Shown here piece by piece: positions 1 to 14,150 of a DNA stretch of 64,000 bases. Within the stretch, counting starts at the first letter, position 1. Each line of letters starts with the position of its first letter. The notes beneath the pieces are model-generated. The model saw only the letters and a list, made by a program, of their open reading frames with translations, was not told where the DNA came from and did no database searches. The DNA is from Eledone cirrhosa (taxonomy: Eukaryota): assembly GCA_964016885.1 (NCBI GenBank), contig OZ024741.1, forward strand, positions 303,738,001 through 303,802,000, read 5' to 3'. A program made the position numbers and the translations under genes.

Positions 1-495
1 TTTAGATATTATTCTAATTTCTATGTTGTCTATGTTACCGTCATGTTGTTGTCTAGCGTGTTCGTATAGTACTGGCCCGTTTTTTCGTCCTTTTAGTTCC
101 CCCAGTGTTGGTCTATCCTTTCACCTATGCTACGAGCTGTCTCACCTATGTATGTTGTTGTCATGTTTCTGCAAGTACCCTCTGTACATCTTATGCTATA
201 GACTACGTTTCTAGTTTTACAGTTTATCCGGGGGTTCACCTTACATATGATACATTTCCTATTGGTACAGTGGGTTTTCTTAAAAGGGTAGGTTTTGCTG
301 ATCAGGGATTTTATGGTGGTTCCTGGCTTTTCTACCACCTTTATTTTTAAGTGGGTCTTTCTCAGGGCCTTTCTACACTGGTTAGCTAATTTCCCTCCAG
401 GGGTGGCGTCCACAAACATGACACTCTGATATCTCTGGTTGTCGTACCATGATGTGGCCTTCCCTATCTTATGTCTAGCCCTATCTAAGCTATTC
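1..495 (-). mobile_element. Penelope-like element fragment (GIY-YIG endonuclease region), cut by window edge
   Basis: ORF 93-419 has a Cys linker and RNVVYSIRC...YIGETARSIGERIDQH (GIY-YIG); the sequence matches 38930-39425. Confidence 0.85.
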
Positions 496-1065
496 TGTTT
501 CGATCTACTCTCCTACAACCACTATCTCTTTCTCTCTTTCTCTCTATATATTTATGAAGGTACCCGGAAAAAACCCTGTATCTCGGGAACCCGTGTTCCG
601 ATATATTCGAAGCTTGTTTTATTTCATTTGTTTCCCATTTCAGGGACAACTTCCTTTCAAAGTACTTTACCATTATGCACCGTTTTGGCTGTATTAAATA
701 ACTGGCAAACACACAATCACAGAGTTTTAGTAGTATATAGATAAGTCTTATGAATTATCGAAGCGCATAAAGGTTTTTAAATAGGAAAATGTGACAGTCT
801 CAAAGGCAGAATTTAACTTTAATAACAGTCGATCACTGTCGAAAATAATTGTGACGGAAAAAGGGAGCAGAGGTACATACGAGGAATCGAACCCTGTGTC
901 TCCCAAATAGCGTGTGAGTGTGTTACCCTTATGTATTTGAAAGATACGAGATTCGATTCCTCAAAGTTGCCTCTATCAACTTTTTCCCTATTTCTTGAGA
1001 TAATTTACTAGATATTCTCAACTATTATATAGTGACCGACTCTCACGACTTATTTCTTCATTTGG

Positions 1066-1107
<42 letters not shown>

Positions 1108-1199
1108 TTCTCTCTCTCTCTCTCTCTCCCCCTCTCTCTCTCTCTCTCTCTCTCTCGCTTTCTCTCTCTCTCACACACACACATATATATATATATGTA

Positions 1200-1246
<47 letters not shown>

Positions 1247-1267
1247 CTGTGTGTATCTGTGTGTGTT

Positions 1268-1301
<34 letters not shown>

Positions 1302-1359
1302 AGTTTAAAAGATATATAGAGAGAGGAGAAATGAGAAAGAGCATGTTGTACATATATAT

Positions 1360-1530
1360 AAGTTTCTACTTTTGGCACAAGGCCAGCGATTACCCCAGTG
1401 CATTACTGGTACTATATTTTATCGGCCCCGTAAGGTTGAAAGGCAAAGTTAACCTTGGCGGATTTGAACTCAGAACGCAAAGGGCCATAACTCTATGCTG
1501 CAAAGCATGGTGTCTGGCGACCCAAAAATA
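1360..1530 (-). mobile_element. SINE copy (abundant family ending ...ggccttgtgccaaaagtagaaac)
   Basis: Shares gttcaaatcccgccgaggttaactttgcctttcatcc...gataaaataaagtaccag with about 10 other copies in the window. Confidence 0.8.
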
Positions 1531-1644
1531 AGTAAGAAAATATACATATTTTAAGGTGGTACTATATATACATACATACATTCATACATACACACATGCA
1601 CACATACATTCATACGTTCACACATGCATACATAGGTGTGCAGT

Positions 1645-1718
<74 letters not shown>

Positions 1719-2149
1719 TGTGTGTCTGTGTGTGTGTGTCTGTGTGTGTCTGTGTCTGACTTCGCACCTCTACTCGATAGTATCATTGTTCTCATTTGGT
1801 TTTAAAAAAAGTTTTTATGCATTACAAAACCATACATACATACATACATACATACATACATACATACATACATACATACATACATACATGCATGCATAAT
1901 ACATCATACATAAATGCATACATACATAAATGCATACATAAATGCATAGATAGGCATATTCTTATACTTTTGTATGTGTGTATACCTGTACGATCTCTCT
2001 CTCCCTCTCGTTGCATATGTATATATATATAGAGAGAGAAATAGCCGTCGAAACGGCTTGAGCTCTGCCGTCGAGGTCACACTTTTTCCTATACATATAT
2101 ATATATATGTATATATATGTTATATATATATATAAACGAAGGTAAAATC

Positions 2150-2195
<46 letters not shown>

Positions 2196-2540
2196 AGAGA
2201 GAAAGAGTTTAGTAAGATTTATTTTAGTCATAATAGCCAACCCTCTACAACAGCGACACCAACACACTAAAAACACCACCAGTCAGAAAAAAACAATAGC
2301 AACACCATCAACAGAGCCACACGTCAAAATAACGGTGTTTTACAACGACATAAAACAACAGCAGTGAAAAGCAACGTTGACACCGCTAACAGTTATTTCA
2401 AGCGTAGCACTAACACTAGCCATAAACAATCGCAATAAAAGACCCTGAAGATTAACTTCCATTGTCAAATTTTCAGATCATTTCTCTGACACAGACACTG
2501 ATTGGATGGAATTAACGTCGCTTGCCCGAACGACTCGATT

Positions 2541-2615
<75 letters not shown>

Positions 2616-2652
2616 ATATATATATCTTATATATATATTATGAAGATATATT

Positions 2653-2704
<52 letters not shown>

Positions 2705-4599
2705 CGCTCAGCCATTACTCTACATTTAATATAGTAAATTGTCTGCGTCCGTGTGACAGTGGAGGTAGTGTAACGGTGCAAGGTGTAAAGGTGGTGTTAG
2801 AAAAAAAAGGTACTCATAAGCCAAGGAGTGAGAAAAAGTAAGTGGAATAGGGAGGAGAGAAAGATAGTGAAAGACCTGGTTGCGTGCGACATGAAGTTGG
2901 GGGGAAAAGTGGAAGTAATAAAGAGATAAGAAGGATAATGTTGAGGAGGACGGGTAGGGTGGGAGGAGAAGTAGGAGGATAAGGACGAGGGTGATGATTA
3001 GACGGAGAAGGAGGAAGACGAGGCGAAGGGGGAGATGGATTACAGGAAGTTGAGTAGATGAGGAGAGCAGGAGAGAGATGACGATGACGATGGAGACGAG
3101 AAGGTGGAGTAAGACAGGAGAATGGCGAAGGGAGGAGAGGAGAGGAAGGAGAGAAGGAGGAGGAGGAAAACACGAGTGTCGCCTGCTTGGTGAAATATGC
3201 TTAATGGCGATGACTTGCGACGGGAACGTTGACGACGATGATGTTTACAACGGTGTAGCTGTTGGTGGCGATGGCTATGACGATGTCGAGGCTCTGTTCT
3301 ATTCATTGAGAGGGTGATGGCGGTGGTGGTGGCAGCGGTGATGACGGTGGTGTCGAATGGCCGAAGTACAATTGGCGATACAGCCCGAGATAATATAAAT
3401 GTCTGCGGTGACCCGAGATAGGATTAAAGAAGAAAGGAAAGCCATTGCTAAATAAATGATAATAGCTGTCAAGTGGTTGTGGCGGCGTTTAGAGACGTTC
3501 TTATTTTTTTATTTATATATTTTTATTGCATTTTTTGTTTGTTTATTTTTGATTTTTTTTTTTCGTTTTTTTTCGTTTTATTTCATATATTTTGTTTCCG
3601 AAGAAGCAATTAGACCGAATCGCTGCAAGGGTCATAAACAATAGCCCAGGTCACGTGCGATATGTATGGATTAAGTCGAGTGGATTATGGATATATTAAA
3701 TCCTATTATTTATAGAAATGCATTGTTTCAATAGAAAATTTAACGCAACAATTGAAATGGAAAAACGACAAAATAGAAGACGAATCAAAGGAAAATAAAG
3801 AGAAGAAAAGAAAAGGCATCGTGTATCTTGCTGCCATCCAATCTCTTTTGTTATTTTTATTTTCGTTTTCTCAGCTGAAACTGAAACTGATCAACTTGTA
3901 GTAAATGTTTGACCGGTTGCAGCGCCGTTGTCTTTGCATGGATGAGCACGGCCAATGACAACAATTACTCCTTTTATATCAATATATGTAATAATACATA
4001 CATACAGAACTTCACACGTCTGACCCTCCTTCTTTATGGTGAAACAACGTCGTCATTCGTAAATATAACATTTTCAGTTTCGACTAACAGTACAAACTAT
4101 GACGCCATTCGTCCATTTTTTTGTTTCTGTTTTATTTTTACCAGTTAATTTTGTTCGCCTGCCTCTGTTTCTTTACGTGAAGCCACGCATAGAACAAACT
4201 CACACACGCAGACACTAAACATAAACATACATAATAAATGTACGCGCGCACACAAATATTCACGCACACGCACGCATGCACATACACACAAGAGGCACAC
4301 ACAGTACAGACTTATATATACATACACAGTATGTATATAGAGCGATGGGCTCTTTATTCTCAGACTATTCTGAAATACTCAGCGATGGTGCAATGTATTA
4401 CAGCGACTGCAGGGCGTGTTCGAATTCGTCGCGCCTAGATTTTCATAGTTTTTCAAAGTAGACGGCACCGCCTATATTTTGTGCGATGTATGTATTGTTT
4501 CTGTTAACCTTGCTCCACTGCACCACCACACATAGTTACTGCCACCGGTTATATTAAAGTATAATAATATAAAACTGATTATCAAGTAAACTAACATAA

Positions 4600-5030
4600 T
4601 TATTTCTAATATTAGTACGGGGCTAGCAATTTGGAGGCAGGGGAAAGTCGATTATATGAACCCCAGTATTCGACTAATATTTTATTTTATCGACTCCGGA
4701 AGGATGAAAGGCAAAATTGACCTTAGCGAGATTTTAACTCAGAGCGCAGTGAGCCTGAACATAAAGAGCCGGCAGAAATGCTATTAAACATTTGTCCGGC
4801 GTTCTAACGTATCTATCCACCACCCTTATTATTAATAAATTCGCATTTAGGCACAAGGCCAGCAATTTGTGGGGAAAAGAGAATATTTTAACCCTAATGT
4901 TTGACTGATAATTCTATTTTATCGACCTTGGAAAGATGAAAGACGAAGTTGACCTCGGCGAAATTTGAACTCTGAAAGTCAAGAGCCGAAAGAAGTACTG
5001 TTAAGCATATGTCCAACGCTCCACCACCTT
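4600..5030 (-). mobile_element. Two diverged tandem SINE copies
   Basis: Two occurrences of tttatcgac...gatgaaag(g/a)c...ttgacct...ttt(g)aactc. Confidence 0.7.
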
Positions 5031-5038
5031 CAAGTAAA

Positions 5039-5301
5039 CTAAGTCTATGTCTCGTCTGAAGTCTGTCTCAAGCCAGGAGGCTGATTTGGGCCGGTTTCGT
5101 GGAGTGAAGCGACTGGGAGTACAAGACTTCCCCATTGGATAGGACACCAGTCCATCGCAGGGTTAAACCCCTAGCTATTGCTGGTTTCATTCAGTTTCAG
5201 CTGAATATATTGGAGCAACGTGAAATGAAGTGTTTCGCTCAAGAACCCAGGAATCGAACCCATGAGACTATGTTCGTAAGTGCAACACCCTTACCACAAG
5301 G
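5039..5301 (-). mobile_element. tRNA-derived SINE with 15-bp target-site duplication
   Basis: B-box-like ggttcgattcc on the minus strand; direct repeat ccaccttcaagtaaa at 5024-5038 and 5302-5316. Confidence 0.7.
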
Positions 5302-5811
5302 CCACCTTCAAGTAAATTAACATAATGATAACTATTACATAAATCAAACTTGTTCTGAATAATACTTTTACTCAGATGTTTCATACAAGCTAGATTGTTT
5401 CTATCTAGATTTTTTCTTTACCGGGTGGTCAATGAGGATAGGGCAGTGTCCATAGCCGTCTTATTCTTTAGTGCCTTCGATATTGGTGCGTGGAAGATAT
5501 CCTCAAACCAGGGACCTAGCCCAAATGCTTGCAACAGAGTGGACTCCGCTAAAGGCACCCATAGACCAAGTGGCGGTACCTGTTGGAATATTTATATCAT
5601 TTTATATGTATTCTCCTTCTATGTAGAGAACAAAATGTTGTATCGTGCTGCTATTTTTTAGTAGCATGAAAAACAACAAGTCTATAATATTCCCGCTTTT
5701 ACTTGCGGCCTGTTTATGTGTGGGTCACTTTAACGGCCTGACCTCATACATCGAGCAGGAAGCGATATATTTACAAACTGTGAGGCTTTATGCCCTATAG
5801 AATGGAAATAT

Positions 5812-5889
5812 CTGTCTGAAGAACTGATTCTTTCCATTGGAAATTCTCTGAATTTCCAATCTTTTGATAAGCGAAACCGTCAGTAACAG
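5812..5889 (+). ncRNA. Type I hammerhead ribozyme-like motif with long stem II
   Basis: CTGT-CTGAAGA-[ttggaaatt/aatttccaa hairpin]-GAAAC-cgtca-GTA-ACAG; stem I CTGT/ACAG. Confidence 0.55.
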
Positions 5890-6071
5890 CATTAGAATGG
5901 GTGAATATTTAAATCGTATTTTAATTTATTTAAAAAATTGTTTAATGTTTACTTGTTCCGCTCATTTTTATAGTTCTGGTATCTCAAATTAGTACCATTC
6001 AACAACAATTATTATAGACACCGTATATATTTCCGTAGGTACTTAGTACCTGTTGGAATGTTTATATCATT

Positions 6072-6159
<88 letters not shown>

Positions 6160-6160
6160 T

Positions 6161-6365
6161 ATAGGAACGAGTAGGACCCCGACGGCTGAGCTCAAGCCGT
6201 TTCGACGGCTAATCTGGACTAAACTTAGTCCAGAATTACCCGTCGAAACGGCTTGAGCTCAGCCGTCGAGGTCCTACTCGTTCCTATTACCCACTCTACT
6301 ACCCTAAGTATTGAGTACTTTGGTGCGTTATGGTCCATCTGGTTCCTTACCACATTTCCTTCGTT
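6161..6365. mobile_element. ~205-bp fold-back element in (TA)n carrying two hammerhead 3' halves
   Basis: 6161-6287 is a near-perfect palindrome; each arm has GAAAC-GGCT-tgagctc-AGCC-GTC; a second copy lies at 41070-41263 in the opposite orientation. Confidence 0.75.
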
Positions 6366-6496
6366 ATATACATATATATATATATCAACAGTTTTGCAAG
6401 AGATGTCAACTTGAATGGACCTATTATTTTTATCTAAAGACATGTTTCCCAATTCCATCCCGCCCGTCCCCTTAATCTATTTTATTTCTCATTCTT

Positions 6497-6532
6497 TCTT
6501 CTGATGAAAGACTAGCGTCCGAAACGTTAAGA
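6497..6532 (+). ncRNA. Minimal type I hammerhead ribozyme motif
   Basis: TCTT-CTGATGA-a-AGAC-tagc-GTCC-GAAAC-GTT-AAGA; the first stem II pair is mismatched. Confidence 0.65.
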
Positions 6533-6625
6533 CCCTCTTCCTGCTATATCAAGCGTTAACCTAATATATACTTTCCATATACTGTACCGATTGTGTCGTT
6601 ATTTCTGTTTACCTTTTACACACAC

Positions 6626-6679
<54 letters not shown>

Positions 6680-6973
6680 CAGTATCTATATCAGCGTCAA
6701 AAAGAAAGCTATATAACTTTTCTCTCTAAATAAGATATCAGTGGTAATACGTATTTTAAGTACCGTGGTATAGTGTGCATGTGTATGTAAATACATACAT
6801 ACGTACATACATACATATGTATATACATATGTACATACATATATATGTGTGTGTGAGAAGGAGAGAGTGCGTGCGCGTGTATACACGTAAGCTGGGCCAC
6901 CCATATAAACAGCAAAGTTGACATGGCTGCTGTATGTGTTCCTAGATTCTGAGAACCTTCCATAACAACAACG

Positions 6974-7021
<48 letters not shown>

Positions 7022-7035
7022 TCACCACCAGCACC

Positions 7036-7067
<32 letters not shown>

Positions 7068-7134
7068 CAAATCCTTCTCTTCTCTACATTTGCCCGACCG
7101 CACCTTGGTTGTCCGCTGTGGCCTCCCTAATGAA

Positions 7135-7675
7135 ACAAAGTATTATGAAAATTGAAGCACCTCAAAAGTCAATCACAAAAAAAGATAGACGACATGACAG
7201 GCCTTCATATTGGGGTCGATTACAAAAGCTCAAACTTTATTCTCTCCAACGCCATCGTGAGCATTACATAATCTGCATGACGTAGAAAATATTCCATCAA
7301 CATTGCCCTAATGATGTTGGTATCATCTTTAAAGCACACCTAAGGCTTGGGCCCCGCCTACAACAGAAATCAAACTCGCACCTCATGACAACATTACAAC
7401 ACAATTATTTCACCTCAATTGACCCCACTCTTTAACATTACACCAAAACACATTAAAACAAAAATAGACCCCATAAAATTCAAAACGTCTTTGAACAAAT
7501 TCCTTCAAGAAATCCCTGACAAAGCTCCTACACCCGGATATGTCTCCGTAAACAATAACACTCTACTTGAATGGGCCTTGGCGTCCAAATCCTTATTTGA
7601 AAGACTTCGCCAGGTGGTGCTATTAAGCCTGGGCCAATACTGACCGAAACCTATCAAAGTTATCAAAGTTAAGTT
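7135..7675 (+). mobile_element. 3' fragment of CR1/L2-group LINE
   Basis: Decayed frame SYWGRLQKLKLYSLQRHREHYII... and FKTSLNKFLQEIPD; short tandem tail (atcaaagtt)2. Confidence 0.7.
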
Positions 7676-7787
7676 ATATATTCCTCAAAATAGCTGAATA
7701 TACACGTTCTACCCCCAGCCCATTTGTTTCTCTTCTTTCCTCTTCTCACTCTCTATCTTTCTATTTCATCTTTTATTTCACATTCTA

Positions 7788-7823
7788 TCTTCTGATGAAG
7801 GACTAGTGTCCGAAACGTAAAGA
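7788..7823 (+). ncRNA. Minimal type I hammerhead ribozyme motif
   Basis: TCTT-CTGATGA-a-GGAC-tagt-GTCC-GAAAC-GTA-AAGA; intact core, stem I TCTT/AAGA, palindromic ACGT stem III. Confidence 0.8.
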
Positions 7824-8021
7824 ATTGTTTCCTACTATATATTTCTTCATTGTACTGTGTTGTTTCCTTTGTTATTTCCGTTTACTTTTTGCATATACAC
7901 ACACGCACACACACACATACTCACACACACAAAGTAAACGGAAACATATATATATATGAGTGTGCTGGGGGGGTATCTATAGGTATATATATATATATAT
8001 ATATGCGAATGTTTGAGTGAT

Positions 8022-8117
<96 letters not shown>

Positions 8118-8344
8118 ATGTGTTTATTTGTGAGCGGTATATATTGCAGGAACGCGTGCCGTGTATCACCACTGGGGACAGTAATAGGTAGATGTGGGTA
8201 GATGTGGGTGTATGGTATAAATGGAGTAGGGTGTGGGGTAGATGTAACGGAACTCGGTAAATATGTTACAGCTGTGTCAATAATTACGTCACATGACAGA
8301 AGAAATGTTCGATAAGACACGCCCACTTACATCTGATGCCATTT

Positions 8345-8670
8345 AAAAAGCTCCGTTCGTTCGCCATGTTAGAATACGTTCTTGTTAATGTTGTTGTTGT
8401 TGTTGTTGTTGTAATGTTGGGGGATTGTTATTGCGTTGTTATTGTTGTTCGCGTTGTTGTTGTTGTTGTTGATGTTGCTATTGTACTATTTGGAAATTGT
8501 TATTGTTGTTGTTGTTGTTGTTGTTGTTGTACTGTTGTGGAATTGTTATTGTTGTTGTCGTTGTTGTTGTACTATTGGGGAATTGTTACTGTTGCTGACG
8601 TTGTTGTTGCTGCTGTCGTTGTTGTTGCTGTAATGTTAGGGTGGTCTTCTTGCGTTGTTATTGCTGCTGT
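8345..8670. repeat. (GTT)n-rich low-complexity repeat
   Basis: Direct inspection. Confidence 0.9.
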
Positions 8671-8679
8671 TAAGGTGAC

Positions 8680-8822
8680 GAATTGGCCGAGTCGATAGAA
8701 CGGCGGATAGAATGCTTTGTGGCATTTGTTCCGGCTCTCTGTGTTCAAATCCCGCCGAGGTCAACTTTGCCTTCCATTCTTTCTAGGTCATAAACAAAGT
8801 ACCAGTCAAGTACTGGGGTCTA
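8680..8822 (+). mobile_element. SINE copy
   Basis: gttcaaatcccgccgaggtcaactttgcc...aagtaccagtc. Confidence 0.75.
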
Positions 8823-9379
8823 TTCTTCCTCTATATCTCTTTCTCACTTCCTCTTTCTCACTTTCTATCCTTCTCTAGAAGAAATCTGCTGTGTTCAGAA
8901 CTGGAGAGGAATGGGCTCCGCCAGGCTTAAAATGCCCAAGAAACGCTGTATGTCACTACAGCGCCACTACCACTCCACCAGGAGTTACGGGACTTTACCA
9001 TACCATACTATACTATTGTTACTGTTCTTGTAGTCTTTGTTACGAGCATTATTGTTTTTGCCTTTGTTATGGTTGACGCAGCATAACCGAAGGAATTCGC
9101 TTCGCAATCATTAGGTCCCGTGTTCGATCCCACTGTGTGGCATATAGATCTCTGGAACTAATTCTACCAAACTCGTCCTATGGACTTAGTGCTCTACTAC
9201 TACGGATATAACCCACCAGTGCTCTTCTATTACATATATATATATATATATATGAGAAAAACCACAAACCCTCCATCTTAATTCTACTTTTGAAAAGCAT
9301 AAGAACTGCGAAACCGGTAAAGGAACCAAATAAATATTCTTAAAAAGACTCCAATTGCATTTTCGATTTCATCTTTTTT

Positions 9380-9421
<42 letters not shown>

Positions 9422-9692
9422 TTTTTTTCTTTATTTCCATTCCGAGTGGTGCTGTACATTAGTCCATTATTAGACATTTCACCGGGAGTTAAAATACTTA
9501 TGAGACGAAGCAAGTCGAATTGAACAGCCATAACTTCGGTCGTTTCCCTCACTTACTCGGTGGACAACTAAGTTGAAATGATTATAATTCGAACTCAGCT
9601 AGCCCGAGTACATACTTTCGTTAATCAGTGACGAAGGCGACTTCGTGAGGGTAAAATGGTGCTGTACCCGGACTGCTATAACAGTTTCCACG

Positions 9693-9756
<64 letters not shown>

Positions 9757-9758
<2 letters not shown>

Positions 9759-10080
9759 CGGCGCATGGCTTAGTGGTTAGGGTATCGGGCTTACAATCGT
9801 GAGGCTGTGAGTTTTATTCTTGAGCAAGACACTATATTTCACGTTGCTCCAGTTCACTCATCTGTAGAAATGAGTTGCGATTTCACTGGTGTCAAGCTGT
9901 ATCAGCCTTTGCCTGTCCCTTGGACAATATTAGTGCCGTGGAGAGGGGAGACTAGTATGCACGAGCAACTGCCGATCTTCCACAAACAACCTTGTCCGGT
10001 CTTGTGCCTCAGAGGGTAACTTTCTAGGTGCAAATCCCATGGTCATTCATGACTGAAGGGTGTCTTTACCCTTTACCCTT
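9757..10080 (+). mobile_element. tRNA-derived SINE (second family)
   Basis: A-box-like ggcgcatggcttagtggttagggt head, ttgagcaagacact core, (taccctt)n tail; relatives at 34030-34290, 43095-43240 and 46520-46760. Confidence 0.7.
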
Positions 10081-10313
10081 ATATATATATAATAGGTGGT
10101 TGAATAGGTTCGTGGTTTACTGAGGAGGGTACCAAAATCAGCACTCTGTGCTAAGAGAGAGTGTATATATTGAAAACATAGCAAGGTTTCACATTAAGGT
10201 GTTTATTGATTATACACAGTTAAGACCGTTTCGGGATCTGTATAAAGGTTATAAATTAGACTCCAGCTTGATCTGCTCATCAAGAAAAGCCAAAATCTCA
10301 TCTCTGAGTAGGG

Positions 10314-10401
<88 letters not shown>

Positions 10402-10694
10402 TCTCTATTTCTTTTTTTACTCCTATCAACGCGTTTTAATTTTTTACACTACATTTGACAAGATGGACTTTAATACATCGAAACCGATAATTTTCTCATA
10501 TACTTTTTTAAAGAATTGTTCCTCTCTTTTTTTAATAACATTATCTTTTTAATAACATTATCTTTTTAATAACATTATCTTTTCAATAATGTCACTTTGA
10601 CGAATCAAAACAGAAAAACAGACCCTTAAATATATCTCCCGTGCTATTTCCAACTTCATCTTTTCTCACTGTTTTGTATAGAACATCACTTCCC

Positions 10695-10736
<42 letters not shown>

Positions 10737-10891
10737 AATGACCAAGCTAACTTGGTCATTTGCAATACAAACACTTATATACTTGTATTAGTGTTTATCA
10801 TATATTCATTTGTATTTCATGGCTCAGAAATATCTCTTTCTTTGAGCTATTTAATTGTAAAAGACTGTTTGAGTTTATAACTCTATATATA

Positions 10892-10965
<74 letters not shown>

Positions 10966-11153
10966 GTCTACTATCTATATGTCTATGTATTCCCACAACG
11001 CTTTACTGTCTCAATTTTCCTTTTTCTTTCAATTAGATATTTTGTTGTTGTAGTTATAAGATTATATTTTCATTTGTACACTTTTTTTTATTACTAATTT
11101 TTCAAATTACTTATTCAAACACACGATTTTTCTCTCTCTCTCCTCTTTCTCTT

Positions 11154-11184
<31 letters not shown>

Positions 11185-11216
11185 TTGTGTATATATAGAT
11201 ACATACACACATACAT

Positions 11217-11286
<70 letters not shown>

Positions 11287-11589
11287 GAAAGGTATAGAAA
11301 ACATATATATACACTCACACTCACACAGATGTACAAACATAACTACATAGAGATAAAATGCACTATTAACACCAATCCACAAGATTCCAAATGCAATTTC
11401 TATCTGTGTAAAAGAATAATAAAGAAGCATTCAAAAACTGGGCCTCTGAGTTCGTATGAGTTCCACCCCAGGCTGGGGTGTTACAGCAGTTTGGCCAGAT
11501 ATTAAGGACACGGGGCGTATTTTAAGCAATATCGGTTAACGGACGAACAAGATGGAAAGAAAAGTTGTTCACATCAACGAGAAAGTATG

Positions 11590-12430
11590 AAACAACTACA
11601 AACTTAACAAACACAATCAGTCCATCTATTCACTGGCCTACCTGTCGTATATGTCCCCGAACATGCTCCTCACCGAGGACAAGATAATACCATCCTCAAC
11701 CGGCGTCTAACAGAGGGGGTCAATTGAGCCCTCATCTCTTTGCTCTCGGAGTGAATCGTTCTTCTCAACGTCGGGTACATGGACGATGTCACGATAGGCG
11801 GGCCCGCAGAGAGCGTTTGTCAGGATCTCTAATCAGTCGTTCCCGCTCTGGCGAGGATCGGCCTCGAGGTCAACTCGTCTAAGTGAGAGGTTGTGAACGT
11901 CAATTACGACACAGAGGGCTTCGCGACCTCCGTCTTGGACGTGCGATCACTCCATGCTACTCCCAACGAGAACATGAAGTATGGCCTGGATGATGCAGGC
12001 TTCCATTCTCAGCTCGAGCTAGCAGGGTTGGACTGAGGGGACGACAAATGGCCAGACGGCATGACAATCTTCCTGTTCCACGGGGATAGGCCCTTTATCT
12101 AGGATGCCACATGCTGTTACACCTACTCAAGTGGCAACCTGGTTGCTTGGCTGGTTGCAAACTCACCAAGTATCGGCCAGTTTCTGATAGGTTTGTGTTA
12201 GAGCCTGTAGCAATGGAGACTTTCGGCGTTCTTGGGTTCCGGACCACATCCCTACACACTACTATCGGAGCGGAGTAGGCCGCTCGCAGGTGCAAGTCCC
12301 GCGAGGTGGAGTGACAGTTTCAGCGCGTCTCCTTTGCCGTCCTCAGGAGTAACGCATTCTTCATTCTGTCGGCCGGGACCCAGAGACGATGAGTAGGTTA
12401 GTAGGTAGCGGGGGACACTCGTTCGAACGT
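11590..12430 (+). mobile_element. Decayed CRE-like non-LTR retrotransposon fragment (RT + restriction-like endonuclease)
   Basis: Broken frames give GYMDDVTIGG, RIGLEVNSSK, PDGMTI...DATC, EPVAMETFGVLG and FQRVSFAVLRSNA. Confidence 0.7.
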
Positions 12431-13001
12431 CACTTTCACACAGGTATAAAGTGCCTTTTTTTTTTAACTGTTGTATTTATTTACTAGGAGACTGTCGCCT
12501 GCTTTATTTATTAGACTTTTCAACTGAAAGTAATGCAAGGAAGAATTATATCCTTTCTCCAAGCCAAATTTCAGACAATTTCATAAACTGGGATAGATAC
12601 ACACTTATAATGAAAAGATTTTCTTTTTCTTCCTTTCCTTTTTTATCAGAAAAAGGCAACAGCAATGAAAACATTTTCAACAAAACGGAAAAAAGTAGAA
12701 AAAAAAATTTTTTAATGTAAAAAAAGAAAAGAAAGAGTGAAAAAATGAATGAAAGCAAAAAAGAAAGAAAGAAAGAAAAAGAAGAAACGAAAAGAAAGAA
12801 GAAATAACGAATTAAAATGCCAATAAAGAAGAAATTATGTGGAAACACATCTCTTTATCGATCTGGGATCAAGATATTTTGGCGTCTTGCACACCTGGTC
12901 AAATTCAGTAAAAACACTGATATAAAGACATTTCCCCCATATATGTAGTATAAAATCTTTCAAAGTTGAAAGTTAAATCATTGGCGACTGGCGGTTGTTA
13001 C

Positions 13002-13227
13002 GGTAGTGGTGGTGGTGGTGGTGGTGGTAGTGGTGGTGGAGATGGTGGTGGTGGTGGTGGTGGTGGTAGTGGTGGTGATGGTGGTGGTGGTAGTGGTGGT
13101 GGTGGTGGTGGTAGTGGTGGTGGAGATGGTAGTGGTGGTGGTAGTGGTGGTGATGGTGGTGGTGGTGGTGGTGGTGGTGGTGGTGGTGGTGGTGATGGTG
13201 GTGGTGGTAGTGGTAGTGGTGGTGGTG
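13002..13227. repeat. (GGT)n microsatellite
   Basis: Direct inspection. Confidence 0.95.
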
Positions 13228-13474
13228 TGCGAGCAGATGTACCACAGCGATACGTTCTCACCACACATTGATATTTATATTATATATATATATATATGTG
13301 TGTGTGTGTCTGTTTGTTTGGGTGTATATATATATATATATATACAAACATGCATGTATATATGTATAAATGTATATATAATATATAATATATATAATAT
13401 ATATACAATTATTTACATGTGTGAATGTGTGTTTGTTTGAGTATGTGTGTATATATATATATACATATATATAT

Positions 13475-13565
<91 letters not shown>

Positions 13566-13619
13566 AATAAATATGTGTGTGTGTGTGTGTGTGAGTGTGT
13601 GTGTATGTGTGTGTGTGTG

Positions 13620-13702
<83 letters not shown>

Positions 13703-13845
13703 CAATGCAGTGTGCACTTGTACACATATATAGTACTAGAAATCGATTGTGTTTGTTTATGCGTTGTACATTATTTGTTTTGTTTTGCTTTTTTTTGTTT
13801 CTTTTTTATATCTGTCTGTGTGTCAGCTTTCTTTGACTAACTGAC

Positions 13846-13901
<56 letters not shown>

Positions 13902-14150
13902 TGACTGACAGACTGACTGACAGACTAATTTCTGTTTATTTGCCACTAGGGCACAAAAGAAAGGGACATGTACATGGGTGGGGGGAGTTTACATAAAAAT
14001 CGAGTAAGAAAAATATAACAAACAAAATAGTAACAAGAAAGTCCTCAATAGGGAGGGATCGTTTTGGGGTCACACACACACCCGAAAAAAAGTGTGCGAC
14101 CCTTCTCCACGGGAGCACAAAGAGAGGGTGCTCCCTTCTTCCTGTTCCAC

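Noticed and set aside
3600-4480. CpG-containing unique sequence with CACGTG as a promoter
   Set aside because: Short motifs are expected by chance; no associated exon identified
9757-9830. tRNA gene
   Set aside because: No complete cloverleaf; continues into SINE body
12966-13440. Poly-Gly/His/Pro/Thr/Val ORFs
   Set aside because: (GGT)n repeat open in most frames; no flanking coding or splice support
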